From a virus, in IMG/VR virus record IMGVR_UViG_3300014720_000002: a stretch of DNA of 64,000 nucleotides; one strand, 5' to 3'. Below, piece after piece: positions 32,525 to 45,973 of the stretch. Position 1 is the first letter of the stretch; every line of letters begins with the position of its first letter. The notes under the pieces were generated by a model, which worked only from the letters and a program-made list of their open reading frames with translations, did no database searches and had not been told where the DNA came from. A program made the position numbers and the translations under genes.

Positions 32525-32796
32525 GCCGCAACCATCAACGGCTGCCCGGGATCGCGCTGGCGGTTCCGGGCAGCCGTCTTTATGTTCAAGATCGAGCACT
32601 TTTTTCTGAGCGGCTGGGAGGATGCTGGTTGGATTGAGACGGGTGCGGATGATGCGGATCGCCCGTCGCGATTTGCGACTTTGGAGGCGGCCAACCAGGC
32701 CATCGACGAGTTTATCGCCGACAGCGTGGCTGCCCATGCTGCAGGGGATTTATCCGCTGCTTACGACCGCGCGGAGTTCCGGGCGGTTACTGTTGA

Positions 32797-33720
32797 ATGA
32801 GCTACCCAATTTTAGATTTTACCTCGCCTGGTCCAGGGCTTGAGCCAGACGCCGACCGGTCGTCGTTGATGATCGTGCCAGGTCCCACGGACCTGGTGCT
32901 CTACCACTGGAAGGACTTTGATCATAAGGCACCGCGCGACCGCAGTATTTCGCCCATGACTTGGGCGGAGTTCATGGACTTTTGCCAGGAACGCTGCGAT
33001 CTGCCTTACCAGTGCGTCGATACGGTGTGCTTCAGCGGCGGCAAGCTGCTGGTGGATGCCTGGTGTGACAACTACAAGTGGGGCCGGGCACGCTCCCGCT
33101 ACACGCGCGGACTGGTGCCCATGCTGACGCGTGTGTGCGACGCCGGTCTGATTGATCGAAGTCGGACCCCGGTGTGTCTGGGTAACTGGGCTAATGGCGA
33201 GGCGTATGAGCCGCTGGGAACACTGGCCGAGATCGTGGATGACTTGATGTCAGCCCGGACGATGGTGCTGTGGCACGGCACCACTTCCCTTAACGCCAAG
33301 CGGATCGCCAAGCAGGGGTTCAAGCTGGATACGGTCAGCCTCAACAAGAGCAAGAAAGAAGCGATCTACTTTTCTGCCTCGGCATTCCGGGCCAGCTATT
33401 TTGCCCGTGATGCGGTGGTGCGGCAGCGCAAGCTGTTGAAGAAGGAAGCGCCGGCTGATTGGAGCAAGCAGAAGCTGGCGGCTATCGAGCCCTGCGTGAT
33501 TCGGTGTCTGTTCGATCGTGCTGAGGTGCTGCCGCATCTGCTGCCGGATGACGACTGGTTATCGCTGGCCAGTCATGAGGGAATTGACCCAGGTCGTGGG
33601 TTTGCCAGCCTGGCTGAGTTCGGACAGGTGGCTATGCGGGAAGTGCCAGAACACAGTCGGGACATCTGGATGTTGGACAAGCTCAGCCACGACCGAGGAG
33701 AAATCCGGAATGAAGATTAA
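32797..33720 (+). CDS. Protein with a C-terminal ADP-ribosyltransferase (PARP/ART-like) domain
   Basis: VLWHGTT...IAKQGF...AIYFSASAFRASYFA is the H-G-T / Y-F-S / Y-A core of H-Y-E clade ARTs. Confidence 0.65.
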   Translation: MSYPILDFTSPGPGLEPDADRSSLMIVPGPTDLVLYHWKDFDHKAPRDRSISPMTWAEFMDFCQERCDLPYQCVDTVCFSGGKLLVDAWCDNYKWGRARSRYTRGLVPMLTRVCDAGLIDRSRTPVCLGNWANGEAYEPLGTLAEIVDDLMSARTMVLWHGTTSLNAKRIAKQGFKLDTVSLNKSKKEAIYFSASAFRASYFARDAVVRQRKLLKKEAPADWSKQKLAAIEPCVIRCLFDRAEVLPHLLPDDDWLSLASHEGIDPGRGFASLAEFGQVAMREVPEHSRDIWMLDKLSHDRGEIRNED

Positions 33721-34228
33721 GTTCGCCGACATAGCCAACGGCACGCGGGTGACGGTCACTAACGAACCATGGGGCGCCGATGAGGAAGTGATGCCCAAGG
33801 TGGAGGTGTCTGGCGTGCTGGTCCTGGCTGATCCGAGAGATTCGTCTGACTCGCACTTTGTCCGGGTGAAGGAGGATGGGGACGGCGTGTCCGGGGTGAG
33901 CTTCAACTCTGATGATGTGCGGGAGGTGGAGGTGCTACCTAGCGGTAGAATCGTGGTGTCGCTTCAATTCACATGAACGGATTCATCGTGGTGGTCCGGC
34001 CGTATGACGATCTGGCGCTGCTGCCGGACCTCTGGCTGGTGCATGGTCTGGCTACGAAGCAGCGCCAGGCCAAGTTTGAGCAGGCGTTCAACTCAGCCCT
34101 GGCGAAGTGCAAGCAGCGCGACCCGGACGAGTGGAACATCGACGATGTCCGGCGTGAACTGCAGGGCTCGCGGCGCTGGGAAATAACAACGCTGGAGACA
34201 GGCGTTTCAGTGACCTACTGAGACTGGC

Positions 34229-34564
34229 ATGCCCAACGAGTTTATCTACAACATGGCTACTAAAGTCGTGGCGCGGGTGTGGACGTTCGTCTCGGACTCC
34301 AACCCCGACAAGGAATACGAGACGCTCCAATACACGGACGCCTCTACGTCCTGCAACTGCCCAGGCTGGACCCGTCGGGTGACCGCTGACGGCCAGCGCA
34401 CCTGCAAGCATACCCGGCTGGTGGACCAGGGGCGTGCCGACGCGGTGGCGGTGTCGTCGCAGAACTATCAGGCGGTGAACCGACCGACCCCATCGGCAGC
34501 CAAACCCAAGAGCAAGAAGGCCGAAGGGTTCAGTGAACCAGGCAAGCGGGAGTTTGTGTTGTGA
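34229..34564 (+). CDS. SWIM zinc-finger protein
   Basis: SCNCPGW...TCKHTRLV (CxC...CKH). Confidence 0.8.
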   Translation: MPNEFIYNMATKVVARVWTFVSDSNPDKEYETLQYTDASTSCNCPGWTRRVTADGQRTCKHTRLVDQGRADAVAVSSQNYQAVNRPTPSAAKPKSKKAEGFSEPGKREFVL

Positions 34565-37533
34565 AACTGACCGAAGCACAAGAGCGCTGGCTGGCCGCGC
34601 TGGAGAGCGAACAGTATGCGCAATACACCGGCGCTCTTTGTCGTGTGGATGATGATGACTCCCGCAGCTATTGCTGCCTGGGCGTGGCTGAGATGTCGCT
34701 CGGGACCGAGACGGCCGGCCCGGTGGTGAGTGACGGTAAAAGGGTCATGTCGTTCTTGTCGCGTGACGAGGACGGCGATGTGGAGGATTCGGCACGATGT
34801 GCTGTGTTGTCTGAGTCTGTGTGTCGGCTCGGGTTGAGGTCTCCGACAGGGGAGATAGCACGGGAACACAAGGACGCATTTGACGCCGCGTTGCTGCGCC
34901 ACAGTCCTGACCTGCCGTTCAAGGAGCTAAAGCTGGCGGGTTGCCTGGCCAGTCTAAACGACAAGGTAAGGCCTCCGTTCAAAACCATCGCAGCGGCCAT
35001 CCGTGAGGTTCCCGAAGCAGTGTTTGAAGTATGCTAAAACCAAGTTTGTTCTACACCCGGCAGCCGCACGACGCGGTGATGTCGTCGAATGAGGCCCAGG
35101 TAACGGCCAGGCTGTGCATGAAGTGGCTGATGGAGCAGGGCGATCGCTGGCAGAAGATTCCTCTGCTGTTGATCAACCGCTTTTACCAGGAGGCTGGCGG
35201 CGACCGTAAGCTGTCGATGGATGAGCGGAAGGAGTTTCGCCGCTGGTGCGCCAGTCCCTGGCGGGCCATGGCGTTCTCGCCGGTTTGGTTGAACCTTGGA
35301 CTGGACAAGCTGAGCGTCTTCTTCGCGGCAGCACAGCCAGACGAGCTTCAGGCGTTCCTGGAGTTCCGCCGGCAAGGACTGCATCTGGTCGAGGTGGCCG
35401 AATTGGCCCGGCTGGCGCTGGCGGACGGTGACATGTTCGACAGCGCGGCGGATCAGATGGACTTGTCTGACGCCTACATGAAGAAGGTGCAGACTGGTCT
35501 GCATTACTTCTGCGGTCCCGACCATGGACGCCCCTACCGTTAAGGAACTGCTGCCGGTCATCACGGCGTTTGCCAACCGGCAGCCGATTCAGTTCCGCGA
35601 GCGCAAGACGGATGGCCTGGCCAAGCCGGGCCAGTGGGTTGATGTGAATCCCGACACCACGCAGTTCAGGCTGACGGAGTATGATCTGCTGGTGAGGGAC
35701 TGGAGGGTTAAACCTCAATGAGCAGAAAGCGCAGTCCAGCGAATAAACGTCGGCCGCGTGAGCAGGCGTTCAAGGTGGTGTGGGAGCTAGACCTGGTTAT
35801 GGCGCGGACCCCGCGCGCCGCCGCCGAACAGGCGTTCAAGATCATCCAGGAGCCGGGCACGGAGTGCACGGTGTTCCAGGTGCGCGATCAGTCGGGCAAA
35901 GTGCACGACATCGATCTGTCGGTTGCGGAAGAAGATACAAGCAAATGAACAATCCGAACGAAGCAGAAAAATCTGGGGCCAAGATGCTGGCCGACATCCA
36001 GGTCTGGTTGAAGGCGACCGGGATCGATGCCGCGATGGCGCTTATCGATCTGGTCCGGCGCGGAGAGATCGGTTCGTCCACGGCGGTTGATCCTGAGCAT
36101 GGCACCGTGTTTTTGCTGGCCATGGCGCCAGCGAACCGGCTCGGCTCGCTGGCAGGCATGCCGACCGGGATCCCGGGTGACACCCTGATTCCGATGCCGG
36201 TGGCGCAGCTACTCACGGGCGAACAGGCGCAACAGGTTTCTCAGGCCGGTGCCTCTGGCCGCATGGTGCTCTTCGATGCCACCGCGGCTACCCGCCAGCC
36301 CGCGGCGAATGAGCCGCCTGCGCCGTTCAGCAGCGAGCAGACGCAGGACTGGCGTTACGAGGTGGCCAACGGTGACACTGTGCTGGGTCTTTCGGAGTGG
36401 TGTGCCCATCAGCGGGAGAGCCGTGTCGCAGACAACGCCCAGCCAACGAATGAGCAAACCAAGTCCGGACAGCCGTGAGCAGATGCAGGAGGTCATGGTC
36501 AGGATGCAGGTTTCCCTGACCGTGCCGGCTCGGCTGTCCACCGACGAAGTTCGCCGGCTGGTGCAGCGGGGGCTGAACGGAATGTTTCCGGCTTACCACC
36601 GCCACTACCACCGGACGCAGTTCGCCGAGGAGGCCGACATCTACCGTCCGGAGACGGCCCACACGCGCTGGCACGAGGTGTTCCAGGCGGCAGAAGCAGG
36701 CCAGGACTGTTCGCTTACCCTGACGGAGGCCCTGGAGGCCCTGCGTCGTCCGCTGTCGATTACGGCCGCAGAGTGGCCAGCCGGCACGTCTTTGACGGAT
36801 GCCTGCCGCAAGGTGGAGAATCAACGGCTGCAGATGTGGCAGCATGTCATGGACACGCTGGGCGAGGCGCTGCCGTCGGTCTGGGAAACCATGCCGGGTG
36901 AGGCGGCGCGCTGCGTGTTTGTGGGCACCATGCAAGAGGTCAAGGAGTTCCTGGCAGGGCTTACTCCCCGAGAGGGAGCAAAGTTGGAGATCAGGCACAA
37001 AGGGACAGCGTAACATGAGCAAACCAACAGTCAGGTCGGTGAAGATGTGGGCGCCGGTTATCTGGAACGGCAAGAAGCGCGAGCCGGACTTCTCCACGCT
37101 CAGCCGCCGGCGCAAGGACGCCGAGCAGGTCAGCAATTATCCGCCGGTCCAGGTGGTGGTGCAGTGGGACGGCAAGATCGGCGGCTCCAGCTTCGTCACC
37201 CGGGTGATCTGGGTGCATCAGGTCGAGCTTGCCTTTGCCGGCGGCGAGAAGTTCCTGGGTATTGAGGCGGTGTGTCGCGGGCCGGTTGACCTGGGTCGCG
37301 GGGTCGCGGGGTCAAGGGGCTGATGGTGCGCAGTCCCATTACCGGCCAGGAGTATGTGGTCGAGGCTTCGGCGGGCGGCCTCGTCGGCACTTCTGTGGCT
37401 GTCATCAAGGCGGCTCTGGCGGGATGCAGCCGGGCTGAGGTCAAGGCGCAGCTTGCCAAAGGCCGGGAGCAGTTGCAGCGGGTCAGCCTGGCCGGCACGC
37501 CGGAGTTTTGGTGGGCGGTGGAGAAGATCGTTG

Positions 37534-37955
37534 GGTGATGGCGAGGCAGCGGCAGGTTCTGTTGCTCATTGGTAAGGTCCGTTAATGTCCGGCGCTGTGG
37601 AGTAAAGTGACGGTGAGGCTGGGCTGGGTCACGCATGGTGTTGGTATCGTCCCGATAGGTTACGTTCAGCAAGGTAGCGTGAAGGTGCAGCGCCGGTATG
37701 TCGGCGCCTGGTTTGATCTGGTCTTGCGCAGGTGGTGATCCGTAGCGTCAGGTGAAGTTTCGTCCGGGTGTGGCTCGTCAATGTCGCGCACTGTTCAGCG
37801 AAGGCACTGTGGATCTGGGCCTCGTTCTGTGGCGGTGTTGTGTTGTCCCGTGAGGTTTCGTATTGGTGCGGTAATGCACGCCTCGGCGCAGTGCCGGCAG
37901 GCTACGGTTAGGCCGGGCAATACAAGGCAACGCTTAGCAAAGGTTCAGCAACGCA
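37534..37955 (+). repeat. Degenerate NGY-NN pentamer array A (candidate VIPR-like guide RNA array)
   Basis: 81 pentamers from 37540, 69 exactly NGY. Units of 31,41,31,41,11,36,36,36,31,31,31,46 nt each start with GGY. Fills the gap from a stop codon (37536-38) to the next ATG (37956). Confidence 0.85.
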
Positions 37956-40900
37956 ATGAGCATATTCAATCCCAACGCACTCCCAGACCGGTCACCGATG
38001 GCCGCCATCCGGCCTGAGCACTGGCCGGAAACGCTGGCCGAGTTGTCCTGCCATGACGTGGTCGTGAACTCGGTGCTGCAGGCCAGCGGCCCGCATTATG
38101 CAAACCTGTCGGAGCAGGAATCACTGCGGCTGATGGTGGTGCTGATGGCGCAGCGGCATCAGCATGTGCTGGCGGAAGCCATAACGCAGGAATTCAAACG
38201 TGCTCCGCAGCCAATCGTGCTACCCCACAAACGAGATGATCAGAAAGTTCGGTGAAGGACTCAGCACCCGGCGCGAGACGCACGAGGAACTGGGCGGCGG
38301 CTACGGACCAGACAAGCACAAACCGCTGGTGGCGGAGTTCATCGCCAACGACCAGGTGCAGATCTGGCCCAAGCGTTCCAGCCGCAAAGTGCAGATCGGC
38401 CTGCTGGATCTCTACGCCATTATCGTGCGCAAGAACGCCAACCTGGCCACCCTGGAGAAGGCGCGGGATCGGAAAGCTAAAAAGGAGAGCCAGCGAAAGG
38501 CGCGGCAGATTGCCGCCGCGGATCGACGGCTGCGCAAGGCGGCCAAAACAAACCTATGTTGAGTGAACAAGAGCGGCTGTGCTACCGGTCGCTGAAGGAA
38601 GGCGAAATCATCCAGCATGGTGATTTGGAGCTTGGTGGCGGTGAGCACGACCACTGGACGCCCGTCCTTCATCGGATCGGAAGCCCAGCCCCAGCGCCGG
38701 AATATCCGGCCCACAGCAAGTTCCTGCGACGCATCCTGTGCGCCTGGAAAGCCGACGATGACGGTGTCCTGCATGCCGCCTGCGGACAGGCGTATTGCTT
38801 CGAGCACGAGTTCACCGTTGGTGGTGCCTACCAGTTCTGCCCAGGATGTGGAAAACCCATTCGCCTATGCCCACCAACCTTGATCCCGGAAAGCGAGAGT
38901 TGAAGCGCACCCAGCGCACCAAGCCATGCCACGACTGCCCGTTTGCCAAGCACACGGCACCTGGTGCGTTGGGCGGTTCCACCCCTGAGGTGTATATGGG
39001 GCAGATCCAGGGTCCGTTCTGGCTGCCCTGTCACAACAGCAGCGGCTACGAGGAAAGCCGACGCGACCCGGGACATGAGCAGTGCGCGGGTGCTGCCATC
39101 TTCCGGGCTAATACGGGGCTGGAGCAGTTGATGCCTTCGGCCTTGCTGCATCTGCCTGCGGATGACAGCCAGGTGTTCCGAGGACCGGTGGAGTTCCTGC
39201 AGCACCATCTGGGCTTTACGCCGGAGCAGGTGCTGGCCTGGTTTCGCGCCAACCCGCCACAGAAGCTGCTGCAGGACGAGCTTGCCAAACAGGAAGCACA
39301 GGTGATGTTGCTGCCCAAGAAACCATGAGCGACCTCAAAACCTACGGCAAAGGCACCCGGGTCATGTGCGACCACCATTTCAGCGGCAAGCCGCGCGGCG
39401 TGGTGGTGGCCGTGCTGGAGCCTGGGCGGGGTAGCAGTGCCACGGAAGGCCGGATTCAGGTTCGGCTGACTGAGACGGTTGGGCCTTGGAAGAAAGGCGA
39501 GCTTCGGGAACTGCCGGCCTGGCTGGCGGTGCCACTGGCTCAGCTTCGTCCGCCGCGCGCTGGCGAGTTTTTCACCCGCGTCCTCACCGACTATCAATGG
39601 GCATGAAACAACTGAGCGACCTACAGCCGGAGCCATCCGTGGTGGATGCCAAGGTGGATGAGGTGCTCATGCCTGGCCAACTGAGCCAGGCGGAAGTGAA
39701 GCAGGCCGCCGACAAGGCGGGTCGTGACAAGCTGCGCGTCCAGGGTGCGGCGATACGGATGATTTTCAGTGGCCTTGGTCCGACGAACGACTGGTTTTCT
39801 CATTATGACTGACCGAAAGTTTTACTACCGGGAGTTTCTCATCCGGGTTGTCTCACCTGAGCCGGTGGATTCCATTGATGCGCTGCAGCGGGTGCTGAAC
39901 GATGAGCAGATGGGTGTCTGGTGCTCGCGCGAGCCTCAGCCCGCCCGTATGCTGGACGGCAAACAGACGGCTGACGAATTGAAGCAGATGGGGGCCACGC
40001 CACCGCTCTTCGACCTCGACGACGCCGGCAACGATCTCGATCCGGACGAGTGAACACCATTTTCGATGTTTATCGCCATGGCGCCAACCTCGGTTGGTCG
40101 GCTGACCAGGTGGTGACGGAGGTGCAGCGGCGGTTTAAGGCTGGCACCAAGCTGGGCGCCAACCATCTGCGCAAGCAGTATGCCGACACGGTGATGATGG
40201 ACCGGATCCAACTGCTGGCCATGTGCAAGGACCTGCGGGCCGTGTTGCACAGCTTCAGCCCGGACGGTCGTCCGCATGTGCCGTCGCTGGAAGATCCAGC
40301 CTGGCCGATGGTGCCGGCGGCGCTGCAGTCCAGCGCGGAACTGATTCAGAAACTAACCCCGACCGAAAATGAGTGATCCGATTGAGCATGCCGTGGCCGG
40401 ACTGTTACAGAAGGCCATCGACGAAGGCACCAAGGAAGCGACCCATGCTGCGGTGGAGATGATGTCGGCGGCCTGTGGTTACCTGCTGCCCCGGGTTTCT
40501 TCCGTGGACGTGAACTTGAAGAACGGGCATGCGCGCATCGAGTTTCATTCTCCATGGCGGTCGCTCAACCGCAAGCCGTTGCCGAAGACGCAGCAGCGGG
40601 TGGCTTTACTGAAGGTGCGGCTTGCCCTGACCAGGTATTTCCGGCTGTTCCCACAGTCTGCCGTGCCTCCGATCTCGGTGGTCAACTGCCCGACCTGTAT
40701 CGGCCGAGCGCCCATCAAATGTGCGGAAATGGCCTGGCAGGAGTGGCGTCAGCGGTGCACCAAGGTGGTGCAGGACGCCATCGACCAGAAGGGCTGGGTG
40801 GCTGGCTCGCTGGATGTGGACAAGGCCCATGGGCGGCGGGTGGAGATTCACGGCTATCTGATCGACGCCAAGACCGCCAAGCCGGTGAGCGCCGTCGAAT

Positions 40901-43900
40901 GGGAGGCGTTTGCGCAGATGTTCGATGCTGCGCTGTTGGGACCGGACCAGCAGAAGATCCAGGTGGTGCGGTGCCAGAAGTGTGCCAGGAAGTCCGCGGC
41001 TATCATGAATGGCATCGAGCAGGCCGATCGTCCGTCTCCGGACGCGCAGGATAGTTGTGGTAGCCAGAGTTTCGCCGCATGAAGGGGCTGCATCGCTGGA
41101 TCCGGCATGTGGTGGTGCGCCAGCCGGAGATGAAGCAACAGCAGAGGTTTCCTGGACGCGGCGGGTTCAGGCTGCTGGCTGACGCCCTGCTGTTCATCGA
41201 AGCACACGCTCCGCTCTGGAAGCTGGATTACGCGCCGCCAGGGGTGGAGTCGATCGGCAGCCCAGCCTATTTACCAGGCTTCAGCTATTGTCCCGGTCGT
41301 GCGTTGTCGGAGGTGCAGCGGGAGCTTGATTACATGCTGGCCTGGCGGCATCCGGCTGGGTCGATCAGCCGATGGGGTGTGGTGTCAACGGACCATGCGC
41401 GACTGACGAACCTGGCCGACGAACTGCACATGCTATTCCCGCATCTGGTGCACCGGGTGGTGGAGGTCCCAGAGTTGGCGGAAGTCCCGTGGAGTTCCTG
41501 GGACGAGCCAGTGAACGGCACGCATCCGCTGTGGAAGCTGCCGCAGGTTCCGCTGGGAATTCAAGTTGTGCTGGGCGGACGCTGGATGAAGCACTCCGTG
41601 CCGGTGCCTACGCCGGCAGGGGCGGATGCGCAGACGGGTGAGTTGGGTGAGCGAAGCATGATTCTATGATGAGTGAACCGTTGGCGGAAGGTCATCTGAG
41701 ACTGAGAGACAGGGAGGGCTGTGACCACGGAGTGCTGGAGGATCTGTTCAGCCGCATCTCCCGGCATCTGCTGAAGCAGAACGCCAAGGCCAAGAACGAC
41801 AAGGGCGCCTGCCGGTATTTTCAGCCCGACACCGGGCGCAAGTGTGCGGTGGGCTGCCTCATCCGGCCGGACACCTACGTGGAGACCATTGAGGGCTGCG
41901 AAGTGGACAGCGATGAAGTTCGTCAGGTGCTGGAACACTCTGGCGTGAGTGTCGCCCATCGGGCGGTTCGTGATCTGCTGATCCTGCTGCAGCGGGTGCA
42001 CGATCACGAGGATGTCGAGGACTGGGCGCATGTGCTGACGCACATGGCCAAGGAAAACGGATTTGAAATGCCATGCCTAAAGAACTGACTTACGGCGATC
42101 TGCTCAGCCAGACCGGCACCGCGGGTCCGCGGCCGTTCCTGCACTGCCCAGCGTGCGATACGCGCTACTCGGCCAACGCGGCCGACTACTGGGATCGCGA
42201 CAAGTGCGAGGTCATCCGCTGTTGGCGCTGTGAAGAGCCGTTGCTGCGGGTCCGAGAGGAAACCAGACTGGTGGAGACTTGAGCATGAACTTGCATATCG
42301 ACGCGGAAGATCTGGTCAGTGCGTTTGGACGGCAGTTGCTGGGTGTCCGGGTGTTTGTCCTTGAACCCCGGGGCGAGGTGCCTGCTGGTTGGGCCACGAT
42401 CCGGCAAGTTGTGCCTGACAAAGAGGAGCCAACCATCGTGCTGCAGGTGACCCAGGACAACTACGGGTCGATCGGTGTTTTTGACAACGAGCGGCTGATG
42501 GTCCCCATCAAGAAGGGGAAACGGCCAGGACAGTTCCAACTGTTGCATGCCGTGCCGTCCAAGCGTAAAGCCCGAAAAGCATGAAGCCAAAATTCTACAC
42601 CCCGCCGAAGTTCGAGTGGGACGGCCCTTATGACGGAGGCAAAAGCCCGCGCTGGTGCTGCCAGCACAAGGAACTGCGAGGGTTGGATGTGGTCGAGCCG
42701 CTGGGGAACAACAAAGGCTGTCTGCTGGTCTATTTCCGAAACGACCACCTGCAGGACTTGTTTGGCGAAGGCACAGGCGGTTCTACGCTGCTGGATGGAG
42801 ACCAGTTCAAGGACAAGGACGAGCTTGCGGGGTTCGCCCTGCGGCTGGTCCGCTGGCACGCCAAGGCGGTGGAGAAGGTGCCGGTGCCGACCGAGGTCAA
42901 GGCGCTGGTGGGCCGAATCCGCCACGAACTGCACGCGCAGGCGCAGAAGCTGCGCGAGCAGTGCGTCTATCACGAGATCCTGCGCCAGGCTGTGGACCGC
43001 GTGCTGCCGACCGTCGGGCTGGAGCCTTACGACGAACCAGGAGACCTGGCCGCCAATCTAATCCGCAAGCTCAACGAGTTCGTCCTGCCCTGCGATCCGC
43101 CCAAGTCGCCGCCCTTCTTCAGCGAGGGCAAGCTCTACGACCTGCTCGGCAAGACTGATGCCCGGGATGTGCTCAGCCTGATCGCCGAGGTGAAGCGCCG
43201 ACTGGACCCGGTGAGAGGTGCGCTATGAAAGGCAAGCACAAGGACCGTCAGCCGGACACCATCCGGGCGGAGATCAAGCGCTGGGAAGATTACCTGGCGC
43301 AGCGCCTTCAGCAGCAGGTGGCCCGCGATGAGGAGTTGAAGCGCCTGCGGATGGAGGAAGAGCAGGTGAACAAGGAATGGCGGGCCAGGCAGGCCGAGTT
43401 TCGTGCTGCAGGCAGCCGGCGGTTTCAGTTACTGCAGGAGTTGGTCCGCCGGGACAACGCAGCAGTGCTGGAAAAGCTGACCGGATTGCGGAGCCAGCTT
43501 GCCCTGTCTGAGCGGGTGGCGGAAGGGTCACCACGGGTGCAGGCGTTCATCAAGGTCATCTCTCGCGGCATCGACTGGAGCGGGCGGTGGGTCTGTGTCT
43601 GGGAACAGGGTGACTTCTGCATACTCACCAAGCGCACCGGGTCGGTGTTCGCCGGCATCGGCTGTCGGGCCGTGGCGCCGGCCCTGCATGGACTCTACGA
43701 CCTGCGGAGGCTGGACCAGCCTGCTGACCACGGTGGTATCGCTGTTGGTCAGGCGCTGGAGCGGAAGTGCTGTCTGGCCAAGCAGGAGGGCGGTCGCCTG
43801 ACTCCGACCATGAAGCAGGAGTGGATCAAGGTGGCGGAAAGGAGTGCGTGAGCATGGCAAAACCAACCATCTATCAAAAGGCCGTGGGCAAGTGCCCCGT

Positions 43901-45208
43901 CTGCGGCCGGTATCCAACCTGGTTCAACGACGTGCCGCTGACGGCCTTCTGCTGGGGACCGACCAAGGGCAGGCGCAACCACGAGAACCGCGAGGCCAGG
44001 TGCATCGTTCCCGGAAAGGCGCAGCCTTATGGGCGTGGTCCGAGGAAGGCGGTGTGGGCAGTGCAAGCAGCAATATGGATAAAGAAATCGAAGCAAGCTT
44101 CCACCAGCAGATCGAAGCGTTCCGTCAGTGTCGGACGAGGTTGATCGACTACAAGGCGCAGGTGTTTCCCAGGGAGCAGCCGGTGCAGGTGAACTGTGCA
44201 CGGTATCAGGGCACGGCCATTGTCATCCTGGACGCGGAGTGTCCGCCTGACATGCTGGCGGTGGGTCTGCCCAATGGAAACCACCACTGGTATCCGTTGG
44301 AGGCATGCACGCCGGCGAATTGGCCTGACCCCGAGCCGCCGGTCAGCGCGGGGACGGCGCTGTTGAAGTTCGGCGCACCGCCGGCTCGCCTACTCACCCG
44401 ACCAATCATCTCGGTGGATCGCCGCACGGGCAAGCTGGGAATCTTTGACGAGTTCGACCTGATCTGGGGTTTCCGGGCGTTCGAGGACGAGGCGCATGCC
44501 GTAGAGATGGCCAAGCTCTGGCTCAAGTCCTTCTGCAACCTGGATCCGGAGGTGGTGCATCCCAACGTGACCAAGATGAAAGTGAACTGATGACCAAAAT
44601 GCCGTTGGTAGTTCCGCGCATGCCGCTGGATGACGCCAAGCCCGACGGTTACATGGAGAGTCTTGACGACTGGATCAAGGCCAACCTGGAGGCGGTGAAG
44701 TGGTTCTTGGAGAACGCCACCGCGGTTAGCACGACTATGTCACCGGCCGTGCGCCTGGTGGTCATCCATTACCACTCCAAACCCGACCGTGCTGGTAACG
44801 TCTATTGGGCGTTCCGCTGCATCGAGCCGAGCACGGGTGGAATGGTGGAGGGCCGGCACGGCGGCGGCGACCCGAACCTGACCCAGGCGCTCTGGCGCAT
44901 GGCTGATGACAACTCTCCCGGCAGCAAGGTGCTGAGGATTCCAAAGGAACTGGGCATCCGTCAGTTTGCCCGGATGATCGACGAACCTGGCTGCGACATG
45001 GCCGGCACGTCCGGCGGTCAGATCTTGGACTACATCTCCAGCCGGATGCCGGCTGGCTTCTTGGAAAGGTTCAGAGCATGACGGACAAGGAAGAAATCGA
45101 ACGGTGGTTGGCCACGCTGCCCGACGGCATGCCGGTGGGTGTCGATGAAGGCGGCCTGACGCTGGTGGCAGAGGATGGGTCGTATTTGGAAGTCGGAGGA
45201 ATATCAGG

Positions 45209-45973
45209 ATGAGCACTCCAAAATGGGTGGCGCCCGCCGGCAGCCAGGAAGGGTATCAGGTGGCCCGGACCAAATTCGTAGCCCACGCACTGCTGGCCGA
45301 GTTCGTGTTACAGAAAGCGCAGCAGGAAGATCGGCCGCTTGAGGTGCTGTCATTTCCCGGCACGTCTTTTCAGTGGGAGCACATGCTGCATGCGGCATCG
45401 TCCGGAGAGATCCGGCTGACCGGGCTTGAGTCCAATCCGAAGGTGTTTCTGAAAGGCGAAACCAAGCTGGAGGCGCTGCAGATGCCGATGCGCTACATCC
45501 ACACTACGGACCTGAACTTCTGGAAGCAGGAAGGCGCGCAGAAGGACGTGGTGTGGCTGGACTACTGCGGACCGTGGTCCAAGCTCAAGATGGCCTCGGT
45601 CAAGGCCATGATAGCCAATCGGCGGCTACGTCACGGCCAGACCGGACCCTTGCTGGCCGTTACGCTCATGGATGGGATGGACTTCCAGACCATCGGCGAA
45701 CTGATGTTGCTGGCCAACACGAAGACCCGGCGATTCAAGGCCCGAGTGGGCGGGATACCGAAGTGGATTGACCAGGTGGCGCGCGAGCATGGCGGCGCGG
45801 CGGAGTTGAAGTTTCTGCTGCATTATCGTGATGGTTTGCGCAAGGCCACGCCCATGCTGACGTTCGTGCTTCAGTTGCACGACCGGCCGAAGAAATTCGA
45901 TGTTTGGAATGCTGCCACGATGGATCTTCTACAGGATCGCCTGACCGCCATCATCAACCGAATAGGAAGGTAG
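45209..45973 (+). CDS. Possible class I SAM-dependent methyltransferase-like protein
   Basis: LEVLSFPG...IRLTGLESN...DVVWLDYCG resemble motifs I, II and IV of Rossmann-fold methyltransferases. Confidence 0.5.
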   Translation: MSTPKWVAPAGSQEGYQVARTKFVAHALLAEFVLQKAQQEDRPLEVLSFPGTSFQWEHMLHAASSGEIRLTGLESNPKVFLKGETKLEALQMPMRYIHTTDLNFWKQEGAQKDVVWLDYCGPWSKLKMASVKAMIANRRLRHGQTGPLLAVTLMDGMDFQTIGELMLLANTKTRRFKARVGGIPKWIDQVAREHGGAAELKFLLHYRDGLRKATPMLTFVLQLHDRPKKFDVWNAATMDLLQDRLTAIINRIGR

